Shown here: positions 52,866 to 64,000 of the stretch, piece by piece
How positions within the stretch are numbered: position 1 is the first letter of the stretch
Layout: each line of letters begins with the position of its first letter
Source: Octopus vulgaris
Lineage: Eukaryota
Direction: 5' to 3'
Assembly (NCBI GenBank): GCA_951406725.2
Contig: OX597816.1
Location: forward strand, 144,274,001-144,338,000
DNA length: 64,000 bases
Made by a program: the position numbers and the translations under genes
The notes under the pieces: model-generated
The model's input: only the letters and a program-made list of their open reading frames with translations
The model's database searches: none
What the model was told of the DNA's origin: nothing

Positions 52866-53863
52866 CCGTCTTAAAAACGTACAAGACATATAATGTAGAC
52901 TTGGATGCGCAATACTCGAGAGAAGGACGGAAAGGTCGCAGCTGGAACGCTTTTGATCACTGGTCTGCCACAGGTAGTGATAACCCGAGGCAAAATAACC
53001 TTCAATGGTAACATGATAACTTAGTTTCCTTCAATAGCAGAAAAACAATCGTTACATACATATACACCAAAAAGGAAACCCTTTAATATTGCACATGGAC
53101 CAACACGCAAGTAAATAGACTTAACGACGCTACAGACACAAGATTTCGCAAGCTTAGATGATTTCCCATGGCATCTTCACAGACAAGGTATTTTTCTTTA
53201 AGGCCAGAAAATAATCCAGCTCTGATCAGATGTTGATTTTCGCATTCTTGTTGTTTAGCTCTCTTCTATCCCTAACCGTTTAGAACTATGGTCAAGGGGG
53301 TTTCAACTTTCACTATCCAAAGTGTTTGTATATTTGAGACTACATTAAAAATATATTACTAAGTTTTAAATAAAGAAGAAAAAGATGAAGGAAGGGCCAC
53401 TTTATATTCAAGATCGCATTTTATTCCAGTAAATGTTGTACGTCATTTCAGTTAAGATAGCTTCTGTAAAAATTTCAAAATTACAAAAATTGTGACAAAA
53501 AAATCTTATTTTAATTAATGCAATTGTGATTTAAATAGTTATCAAAATCCTCAGTATATAATTAGTACTTTATCTCCTACATAAAGTACATTAGATTGTA
53601 CAATCCAATTGGAAGTTGGAAATCTATACAGTCACTCCTTCATATCTTACACCAACTTATTGTATAATCAGCCTTTAGGTATACACAATATCTGCGTAAA
53701 AGACGAGATGGTCTTGGATGGAACGTCTTCTCAAACTTGGGCTGATCTGGGACACAACAACAACAGTCTTAAATCGTACAGAGAAGGATTTCTTTAAAAT
53801 AGCGCATTCCAAACAAACTACTCAAACAAAATATTCTTTAACATGAGAAAACGATCAGAAATA

Positions 53864-54075
53864 CTATAAATAGTTTATAAATAACAGCTGACGCTGACGC
53901 TGATGATGAGTAGCTTTGGCCAGCCATATTCCGTAGGATGGAAGCGATAAATATAAACAAATGACGTGAAGTAAACTGCGAGAAAAATGCTACGATTTTT
54001 CTCTGATCTACAACTGTAGACGAAGACTGTTACAACCGAAGCCAATAAGTTAGTAACATTGATAACTTATGACGC
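53864..54075. promoter_or_regulatory. Candidate intronic muscle enhancer
   Basis: Perfect MEF2 site CTATAAATAG (53864-53873), an adjacent TTATAAATAA, E-box CAGCTG (53885-53890) and several TGACG half-sites. Confidence 0.3.
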
Positions 54076-54269
54076 AGGAAGGGAACACCTAGTGTCTATT
54101 GTCGACAAATGAACCAGCGTATATCTGAATAACCGTGTGCGTAACTCTTATACAATACCCAGTTGAATTATAACTAGTAAATATATCTCTTTGGTAAATT
54201 TATCTCTCTCCGAACTCAAATGATTCCACCAGCTTACTCGTGTCTGGTTTAGGCATAAAATCAGAAATT

Positions 54270-55040
54270 TTAGGAGAAGAGAGCTTGAAAACTTGAATCG
54301 TACTTTATTTTAACGACCCCAGACAGATGAAAGTTGAATCCCGTGAGAACGTAAAGAACCAGAAGAGATATCGTAAAGCATCTTTTCGGACGCTCTGACG
54401 AGTTTGCCAGCACGCTATGTTTGATAATTGTTTCTAATTTTGAGGGGACGAGTTGAGTCGATGCCATCGATATCAGTACTTGACTAGTACCTTATTTTAT
54501 GAAGCCCGGAGAGAAGAAAGACATAATTGACCTCAGCGAAATTTGAACTCAAGATGAAAAATGTCGGAATTAGTATTGTAAAAGATTTTATCTACCGCTC
54601 TAGCGATTCCACCACTGATCGAATTATAATACTTTCTGCTATAGGTACAAAGATTTCTGCTTTCCACCACCACTTCTTTTGCTCACACTTTTCGAAATGG
54701 AAGTAGCCCGGAATGCCAGCTAATTTCTCATGTTGGATCAACACCAGAAACTGATCTTGTAGGATGATACGTTGGTCACTTGTATATCCAGGTATAGTAG
54801 AGTCATGACAAAATCTTGGGATAAGCAAGAAGTAGTACTTACAATCCTAGTTTCTACCACTTTCTCTTGGATGAAGGGCTTGTCAATTACATTGACCCCA
54901 ATGTTCAACTGGTACTAACATTCTCGACCCCGAAATGGATGAATAGAAAAATCAACTTCGGCGGAATTTGAACTGAGAATGGGAAGACAGACGAAATGCC
55001 ACTAAGCGTTTTGTCCGGCGTGCAAGCTCTGCAAGCTCAC
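54270..55040 (-). mobile_element. Three decayed head-to-tail SINE A copies
   Basis: Core remnants at about 54300, 54490 and 54920. Confidence 0.6.
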
Positions 55041-55689
55041 GATTTACTTGAAGAATAGTACAAAGAAAATAATTACAGAGAAAAGCAAGGAGCAGAAAAT
55101 ACGAGTATTTTACTTTGAAAAGTAATGAAATTATTTTCGAAGGATTTTAACCACGACACAATATGGTTAGATAGAATATGAGACAAACAGCTTAATCTTA
55201 GAAAAATCAGATGTTCAAATAACTGAGAACTGCGATACAAACAAGATATATCCATCACGTGTCTTCGCTATTCAGCAATGAGCTAATAGATAAAGGCAAG
55301 AGTAACACATCGAAGCTCCACAATGGGATACAAAAAAAATGGATCATATATGTTAGTCCAGTAGGGATTAATATGCATATATATTAGAGACCGATAAGGC
55401 CGGACTTAATTCCAACTTGTATAGATGTTATATAGCCTCAGGCCAATCCAAATGAGCAGGTCCATGATCAAATGTTTTCCTGTAGTGGCAATTCCATCAT
55501 TCTCTCGAATCTAGGAATGCATTATCTAATGAGTCTCTTATTTTCTAAGATAACAGAGTGAAATTTGACGGAGATTTTGGAGCTATTTCTGACATGTCGA
55601 GTGAGTTTGTAAAATAGCGCTGTATTAAAGGATGAGAGATGAATTCCCTCATTCCACTAGAAAGAAAATAACAGTCTACTTCAGGTATC

Positions 55690-55925
55690 TTTTCTAGAAG
55701 TTCTGGAGCCTAGTGCTTTGGCCTTTGTAGGCACTCCGAAATCAGTGAGATCAATGTGGTTAATATTCATCTTGTGTTGCACATTAACGGTTCCAGAAAA
55801 ATTATAGGGAAGGAAAGATTTCCAGAGGACTGACTTTCCGGGGAACAAAGAACTGGTCCTGGTGGTTAGTGTGGCACAGCGGAGTGGGTAGGGAGTGGAC
55901 GTAATGTTAAGCCATCTGTTGTTGC
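55690..55925 (-). mobile_element. Possible L2/CR1-type LINE 3' remnant
   Basis: FFVP...LWKSFLP...KMNINHIDL resembles the FF.R....WN.LP terminal motif. Confidence 0.35.
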
Positions 55926-56609
55926 AGCATAAAAGAAGTGCGTGCGTACATATCCACTCTCTCTTCCCCTCCCCCTCTCTCTCTCACACACACACACAGA
56001 ATACAAAACATCTACGGATCAGAAGATAGAAAATGTTGGTGAGTTATTTAATGGCAATAAATTAGACAGTAGATTAATAAGTTTGGATTATCGGAATATT
56101 GAATATATTACGATTTCAGATTTTGTGTTTTCCTTCAAGACGTATCTTTTTTAAAGAAGATACGATGAGATTTGAAGAAGTTCTGGTCGCAATTTCTAGC
56201 AATTTGAACGACTAAAGGCTCTCTTATTGGCTCGATGAGTTGCATAATAGTTATTGTCTAGTGCCAACTCAGTTCTGATCGAGCAGACATATGATCAGAG
56301 GCTTTCCAAATACGATCATCTCGTCTGTTAAGTCGTGTCTGGGACTACATTACCTAATGCGTCATCGCATGGAGGTTGTCTTGCTGTTAATTTATAAAGA
56401 GTTAGTGTGTTAGATGGTAGTGAGCCTGTGAGAAGATGTAGGCGTGAGTATATTTGTGTACGCGTACCATAGAAATACAAATACTGCAGTTGATAGGAAA
56501 AGTAAAATAATTTTAATGCTAAGTAAATTAGAAGAAGTTAATTGCTAATTGCAGTTGTCAAACAGTTGAAAAAAAAAACAAAAATAAAAAAAATAAAAAC
56601 AAACAAAAC

Positions 56610-58320
56610 AACCCCAGAACATGATGCTAGATTGTCGAAGATGGTATTGTCAGAAATACTGTTACCCATTCCTATCAGCTAAATGTACTCTAAAGCTTAA
56701 AATTAAGTGTCTTTCATCGAGGCTCGAGGAAATGCTTTCAGTGGATTTGAACTTGAAACCTACAATAACAAAATGTCTAATACTTTATTCGCACGACCAT
56801 CTTCCTTCATGTGGTATTTAGATGTTGTTTGTATCATCCTACAAGGTCTGTTTCTGGTGTTGATCGAGCATGAGAAATTAGCGGGCATTCCGGGCTACTT
56901 CTATTTCGAAAAGTGTGAGCAAATACAAGTGGTGGTGGAAAGCAGAAATCTAAAATTATACGTGTGTAGCAAAACAGACCACTTCAAGGGTTTCTACCTT
57001 ACAGAAGAGAAAAGAGCAGAGCATCTCAGACGACTGCGGCTACCTATGCCAAACATCTGTAAGAAAACAGAAGCTATGGTAACAAGTGGAAAAGCAATAA
57101 AGGCTTCTTCTGCACATATACACAGAGGGGATCCTCCTCTGTCTCACCTTAGCTTAAAGTTAATGGGGGTACGTACGCGCTAACGAAAGCAAAAGGTTTA
57201 CCTTTGGTGAGGGCTACAACAATGTAATCATATAGAAAACACCACAAAAAAGTAATACATCAGAAATTTAGAAACATTTTCCCAAATAGAGTGAGAATAT
57301 TTAAAAATATTTTAGAAAAAGGGATTTTGGAGGTCTCTTAAAAAGATTCTTAAAAACAAGACTAGGATAAGCGAACTTTCACTTTTTTGTTTTCTCCAGC
57401 TCCTACTTACAAGTAAGTGGGCTGGAGTCGGCATGGAGACACGGACACCTGTTCAACGACCTCAGGTCACTGTGCTTGGATGTGAAAGCCATTAGCGAAA
57501 CAAGCATTTACGATACGAAATTGCTCGACTCCCTTCTGGATGACAATGAGACCTACGCTTCCATCAGTCGACTTGGATTGAATGGTGTAGCGGTGCTATT
57601 TCGGAATGGTTTGGACCAGAAGGTGAATAGGGTTTTCCTAGACTCGGATGGTAAATCGGTGGTTCTGGACGTGAGCATCAGCAAAGGAAGCTGGGCTCAT
57701 CAAATTAGTGTTCGTTTGCACCCAAATTGGAGCAAGCAGCCCATATTTCTTAAGACCCCAAGAGAAATTCCTGGGGATATCTCGCTCATTAATGTTATTG
57801 GGCGAATGGAATGGCATTTTGGACGCACACAAGAACTTTGTGAGTGTAGCCGATAAAGTGAGATGCAAAAATTTTGCAAACCTTCTCAGACACTTCTGTC
57901 TGACAGACTTCACCTTGATTTCCCGAATGCGCAAATGTGAACCTCGCCTAATCGCAGCAGGTCATCCAGGTCATATTTAGATAGAATTTTCGCTAGGTTA
58001 ACAGACAGGATTACTTAAGTTGTCACAATTTCTGACGGTTGATTACTTTGACCTCAAACTCGCGACCTGTATAGGCAACTTAAAATAAACAAATACACAT
58101 GAGCATGGTTGCTGGAAGCTAAATGCATCTTTTGTGGCGATGGAAGATTTCAGGGACTGGATCACCGAATTAGTTAAGCAGGAGTTGATGGGAACCATCA
58201 TCAATAACATGCCGAGGGTTAAGTTAAAGAGAAAGATTAGGATAACGTGATTTCATAAACAGATAACCAAAGAGAATACAGGATACAAAAGGAATTAACA
58301 GTTTAGAAGAGACCCGTAGA
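56610..58320 (+). mobile_element. Decayed Tx1/L1-type LINE 5' part: ORF1 remnant and APE endonuclease
   Basis: Degenerate zinc knuckle (VVVESR...YVCSKTDHFK), then LDVKAISET, GVAVLFR, DSDGKSVVLDV, LLGEWNGILD, YLDRIF and GCWKLNASF, all typical of an L1/Tx1 endonuclease. Confidence 0.8.
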
Positions 58321-58865
58321 TACGTGTATTTTCATTGGTTTCATGTGAGAAGTAGGTCCTACTTAAAGGTTGTGTGCGTCACAATACGATACTTATTTTT
58401 TGGTGGATCGCATTAACTATTATAAACTAGAATGTCGCCTGTCATAAGAGTGGTTAATTTGAAAGTATATCTTTATCCCCATGGGTTAAGAGTCACTATT
58501 AGTATTAGATATTTTATATTTACACAAACATACATACATATACACACACATGTGGCTCTGTAAACCCATTGCTTCTTTACCGTCTCCTACCAATTGTTTG
58601 TCAAGTAGTTGAACCGTAGTTATGTGTGTGCGTGTGTGTAAGTATGCGCCATGTATTTGTCGTCTATCGACTACGTGGTTTTTATCATGTTACAATTACT
58701 CTTTGCCAATTTCAATCTTCCTCTATTGACTTTAATTTTTTGTGTTATCCCTCCTGGTATCTCTCGTTTACTCCCTCTTTTCTTCTCTCTATAAGAAAAG
58801 CATGACTGGAGAATTAACCAATTAACCAACCAATATCAGCTATTATTGTATAGAGATATTTATAA

Positions 58866-59485
58866 GGCGGCGAGTTGGCAGAATCATTAGTATGCTGGGT
58901 ATCCTTACGTTCTTATTTTTTTATTGCCCACAAGGAGATAAACATAGAGAGGACAAACAAGGACATACAAAGGGATGAAGTCGATTACATCGACCCCAGT
59001 GCGTAACTGGTACTTAATTCATCGACCCCGAAAGGATGAAAAGCAAAGTCGACCTCGGCGGAATTTGAACTCAGAACGTAGCGGCAGGCGAAATACCTAT
59101 TCCTTTACTACCCACAAGGGGCTAAACACAGAGAGGACAAACAAGGACAGACACACGGATTAAGTCGATTATATCGACCCCATTGCGTAACTGGTACTTA
59201 ATTTATCGATCCCGAAAGGATGAAAGGCAAAGTCGACCTCGGCGAAATTTGAACTCAGAACGTAACGGCAGACGAAATACGGCTACGCATTTCGCCCGGC
59301 GTGCTAACGTTTCTGCCAGCTCGCCGCCTTATCCTTACGTTCTGAGTTCAAATTCCGCTAGAGTCGACTTTGCCTTTCATCCTTTCGCGTTCGATAAAAT
59401 AAATACCAGTTGAACACTGGGTTCGATGTGATCGACTTATCCCCTCCCCTAAAATTGCTGGTCTTGTACCAAAATTTGAAATCAT
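58866..59485. mobile_element. Nested SINE A: a plus-strand copy interrupted by a minus-strand dimer (58914-59329) with a 14-bp TSD
   Basis: tatccttacgttct occurs at 58900-58913 and 59330-59343. Confidence 0.92.
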
Positions 59486-59584
59486 TATATAGAAATATTT
59501 CACTCTTTATCTAAACCGAGTTCTCTTACTGCTTGTTGATTTATATAGCGCAGTACTCTGTCTGTCTCTATACATGCATGTGTA

Positions 59585-59636
<52 letters not shown>

Positions 59637-60240
59637 CATACATACACACATACATACGTACATAATACATACATACATAGCCACACGCCACATGTGCACA
59701 ACGAATTTAGTGCAGTTTTCATCCACAAAATTCTATTTATAAAACATAAGTCAGCTCGAAGCCGCGCATCAGGATCGAAATCATAGCCACGTGCTTGCGA
59801 AACTACACATAACTATATCAGTGCCTAAAACTTGACATAAAATTCTAGCATCTTTAAAAGAGCAAATTTTCGCACAGTTTTTTTCTAGAATGGGGACTAG
59901 GAATAATTGCATATCGTGTAAGGTTAGTACTGTCTGTTCTTTAATTTGAATTAGTGCAGACGAGACATTGGAAAGGAAACGTAAATTTTAAAAATCGTGC
60001 CGTTCTGGGTAAGGAAAAAGGAAAGTGTCCAGAATGTTGTCTGGGAAATGGTAACAGGAAATGGAAAGGCTTGTGTAGCGAGTTGATTCAAAGAAGAGAA
60101 AATTATCAAGTGCAAAAGAATTCACTGAGAAGCATCAGTATTTGGCAAAGTGTATCTTCTCATGAGTGAAATACCCGAAATCCCCATCCTCACAGAGGAA
60201 AAGTATATTATATAATATATAAATTACAAAACAAACTTAC

Positions 60241-60389
60241 TTCTTTATAGTCAATTGCAAATTGTTTCCGCTTGCCCTTATAAGGTCTTGACTTTCGCCG
60301 TGTGACAAATTAGAAGCATTAGCGGTGCCAATCTTAAGAATCACATCGCCGGCATCTAGACGTGATGCAGCAATACTTCCGGATGTCAC
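60241..60389 (-). CDS. Internal coding exon: C-terminal two-thirds of an ALP/Enigma (Zasp/PDLIM)- or synaptopodin-2-type PDZ domain
   Basis: Acceptor ttttctctcttcctctttctctcag|GTG and donor AAGAA|gtaagt. The 149 nt (phase 0 to phase 2) translate as VTSGSIAASRLDAGDVILKIGTANASNLSHGESQDLIRASGNNLQLTIK(K), matching the PDZ pattern VTPGSxAxxxLxxGDxIxxI...MxHxEAQxxIxxxxxxLxLxI. The phase-0 intron before VTxG is the usual PDLIM position. Confidence 0.93.
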
Positions 60390-62556
60390 CTGAGAGAAAG
60401 AGGAAGAGAGAAAAGAATTACTTTTGGGTATACATGTTATTGGATGCGATGATTACACACACACAAACACACGCACGCGCACACACACGCACACAACCAT
60501 CTCAAATGAGAAAGGAAGGTGATCTCAAAAAACAAGAATTCTATAAAGTTGACTTGCTATCAAAGTAAAGATAGTCTGATTGTCTGGAAACAGAAGGGCA
60601 ACTGTGGATATGCATTTCTGCCCGAATAGACGTAATCAGCGCAACAGCTTCCCAACCTTATCTCTAATAGAACGAGAAACTTAGATATATACAATAAAGA
60701 AATAAAGAGTAGAAAACATTTACGACCTGGGTAATTTGCACAAATAAAACGAATACATACATGCATGCACGTATGTATGTATGTATGTATGTATGTATGT
60801 ATGTATGTATGTATGTATGTATGTATGTATGTATGTATGTATGTATGTATGTATGTATGTATGTATGTATGTATGCATGTATGTATGCATGTATGCAATT
60901 ATGAGGTCTCGGTTTCGATTCCATTAAGTGGTATTTTGGGGAAGTATAATCAACCTTCTTTGACTTCGAGTTTACTCATACTCTGAGTAAAACTGGGTAA
61001 ACGGTAGCAATGGAAACTTGCCGGACGGATTGTACCTGTTATTCAAAGGTCCAATCTTGTAATACAATATCAGATTTTGCTTTTAGAGTCCATAATTGCA
61101 TTTGGAAATATTCTCCAACCGGTCTTTGTCTTCAGGTACTAAATAGTATGTATGTGTATGAACTGATATGTGCCACAACGATTGTCAGTGCCTTTGGATA
61201 CCATGAACGTATTATCATTGCTATTTAGATCAAACTTTTTCTTTGTGAACAAATTTTTCAAGTTTTTCCGTTACCTTTCACTTTGAGCGAGTATTTGATC
61301 AGTTCGTTACTTTTCCTGATGATAGGAAAGTTTGATTCAATGACGTTAAAAATATTTTGATGAAATAGAATTCGAGTCACATTAAAAGGTATGATAATCT
61401 GGTTTGGCGTTCCTCTTTCATGGGCTGCTCTAAGTTATTCTATAGGTATTTGTTTTTCACGTTTTATACCGTTAATAGTAAATAGTTTTGTTTCAGCAGA
61501 AACCCCTTGAGTTCTGTGAGACTTTGGTATCTATACCATCAACAACAGTACAACATTTCTTGACCAGACAGTATACGATGTTACGTTTTGTCTGTTCTGG
61601 CTGGCATGATTTGAACTGCAGGGATGCGTTGTAGCTTTTATGAAAATTTCACCTTTTTGCACGCCAACGAACTAGCCCTTCCATTGTAAATGCATTAAGT
61701 GTCCTATTAATTATCAATAGCTTAATGAGATAGTTGCTTAATTCATTACAGATTCGATATTTAGTACCAAGAATCGGATAAACTTTTTTTCTCATCCTGC
61801 TATAAAAGATCAGTTCGGTATTTCTTTCAGAGTAGAACGTGTTATGTGCTTCTTCAATTATATATGACAAATGAGGTATAAAATTTACTGCAGTTTTCTT
61901 ATTATTTGATCCACTTTTACTATGCAGCTTGATATGTAGAAAGTTTCGATTTAAAGAAATTTAAAGAAAAATTCAAGGCATCTCTTACTATTCCCAATTC
62001 CAGAATATACTTATTTAAATGTTTGATTTGTAATGTTAATTTAATTAAAAATTCTCACTGTTGTTTTATCGTATAGCACAATTGTCCAGTGACATAATAT
62101 TAGAGCTTTCTCCCACTATTTCCATAATATTCCTAGGTACGTATACGTGTTTTGAACTTACTGAAGATCCTACGACTATACTGGTTCTTCGTTTTTTTTT
62201 TTTAAATATTATGACAGTTCATTTATGTTAAATTATTTCGCAGTTTCGGTCGACCCCTATCCATTTCGAAGTTGATTTTATTTTTCATTTCTAGATTAAT
62301 CTATTTTCTTGTCTGTTTTGCATTTGTCATTTGAAATTCTGCTTTTCAATCTTGAAAACATTAAACAATATTTTAAAAAATATATCGAATTTTAATATAC
62401 AGTAACCAACGGAAAAAGTAAAAAAAAAATGAACGAAAACAACGAAAATATGAAGAGAGATTTATAAATGCACACATAATTAATAACAAAGAGAAAAAGA
62501 AAAAATAACCAACCAAAACCGTGCAGTGTTGTTTAAACCGAGGGACAGCTGTATAC

Positions 62557-62596
<40 letters not shown>

Positions 62597-62612
62597 GGAG
62601 AGAGAGAGAGAG

Positions 62613-62647
<35 letters not shown>

Positions 62648-63143
62648 AAGGTGGAGATTAAGACAAACAGAAAATGAAATAAATAAGAGTGAATGAAAAG
62701 ATGTGATATTCATATTTTTCCGTATGATGTTAGCAAACATCTCTCCTCCCGAGGATTCGATACAGTAATTTTTTCCATATTGGTTTTCACCCTCAGTACA
62801 GTATTTATAATGGAAAGGGAAAGAGATTTTGTAATGATCAGACTGTCACCAAGAATTGAACATCTGGGTGCTTCCATATTCTTTATGATGATAAATAGTT
62901 TTCAAGCTCCAGCATAGCAATATACATAATGACCAAAACGAAATTTAAGGTCTAAATAGATAAAAAATTGGTTTATTTCAACTGGGTCCAAAATGTCTTT
63001 ATATCATTTTTATAGTAAAAGGAAGCTGTGCAGTGTGGCATTGAGGCATTCCCAAGAAGTTTGGTATTTCTTGTTTTCAAAGCAATATGCTAATGAGTTT
63101 TTTTCTTTACTTAGGAAACTTATTCTCATTCCCACTGGAACGT

Positions 63144-63180
<37 letters not shown>

Positions 63181-63706
63181 ATACACACAACATATACACA
63201 CAGAGAGACATAGACACGCACACAGACACACACATGCACACACGCACACACAGAATACCGCGCACCCACAGACACGCACACAGAGACACGTGCGCGCGCA
63301 CACAGACAGACTCACACACATTGACACACACAGAGACTAAATTATGATTTACCTTACATGTATATCTAGAAGAACACTCGACACATACAGTAGAGTGAAA
63401 CATTTTTTCATTTGTAGTAAATGAGGGTCAACTCTAATTTCTAGCCTTAAAGTGCAGTGCTCCAAAAAAGGACATTTTACTTTTGCATTTATCAAATAGG
63501 GACCAACACTAATCTGAGCTCTAAAGTTGATCAAACCCCATGTATACGCGCGCACACACACACACAAAGTAGTACACATAGATACACAGATATACTTATA
63601 TATATATATATATATTCTATTTCTATTCCTGAGCGCCATACTAATACATTTGCTTGTTTGTACTCCACCTGCCTTCGTCTTTTGTTTATTTTCGTAAACT
63701 TTCCCG

Positions 63707-63771
<65 letters not shown>

Positions 63772-64000
63772 TATATACATACATGCACACATACATACAT
63801 ATATACATACATGCATATTATTTAAAATGGTATACTAATTGCTCAAAGTTATCTTTACTGTTAGTTTCAAAGGGTGTTCTCGCTCTCTTCAGGACGGCCC
63901 GTTACATGTTTTAACCCCAAAAGCTATAAGTATGTATAACTGGACATTATTTTTTATGGTTAATGAACTTACATCAAGGAAATTACATTCTTATGTGCCT

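Noticed and set aside
56707-57856. Host genes for the 158-aa and 126-aa ORFs
   Set aside because: Fragments of Tx1/L1 ORF1 and endonuclease with frameshifts.

Overview
AT-rich, microsatellite-dense metazoan genomic DNA. The SINE and LINE repertoire looks like a coleoid cephalopod (Octopus-like); this is recognised from memory, not from a search. Most of the window appears to be introns of one minus-strand gene encoding an ALP/Enigma (Zasp/PDLIM)- or synaptopodin-2-like PDZ protein. Two exons are well supported. A 149-nt PDZ exon (60241-60389, absent from the ORF track) splices in phase 2 to a 1234-nt Ser/Pro/Tyr-rich exon (46584-47817) that carries a PPxY motif and a polyproline tract. The first PDZ exon lies beyond 64000. 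Several short ATG-initiated segments ending at phase-0 donors may be alternative first exons; this is a hypothesis. The rest is decayed mobile DNA: at least four tRNA-derived SINE families, CR1/L2-type RT remnants, Tx1/L1-type and R4/Dong-type LINE fragments, Penelope-like fragments (one with a near-intact hammerhead ribozyme) and a MITE nested in an RT. The R4/Dong and Tx1 fragments sit specifically in (TAA)n and (TATC)n arrays. Nearly all ORFs in the supplied track are microsatellite artefacts. No CRISPR array, rRNA or genuine tRNA gene is seen, and I cannot demonstrate a wholly new system from sequence alone.
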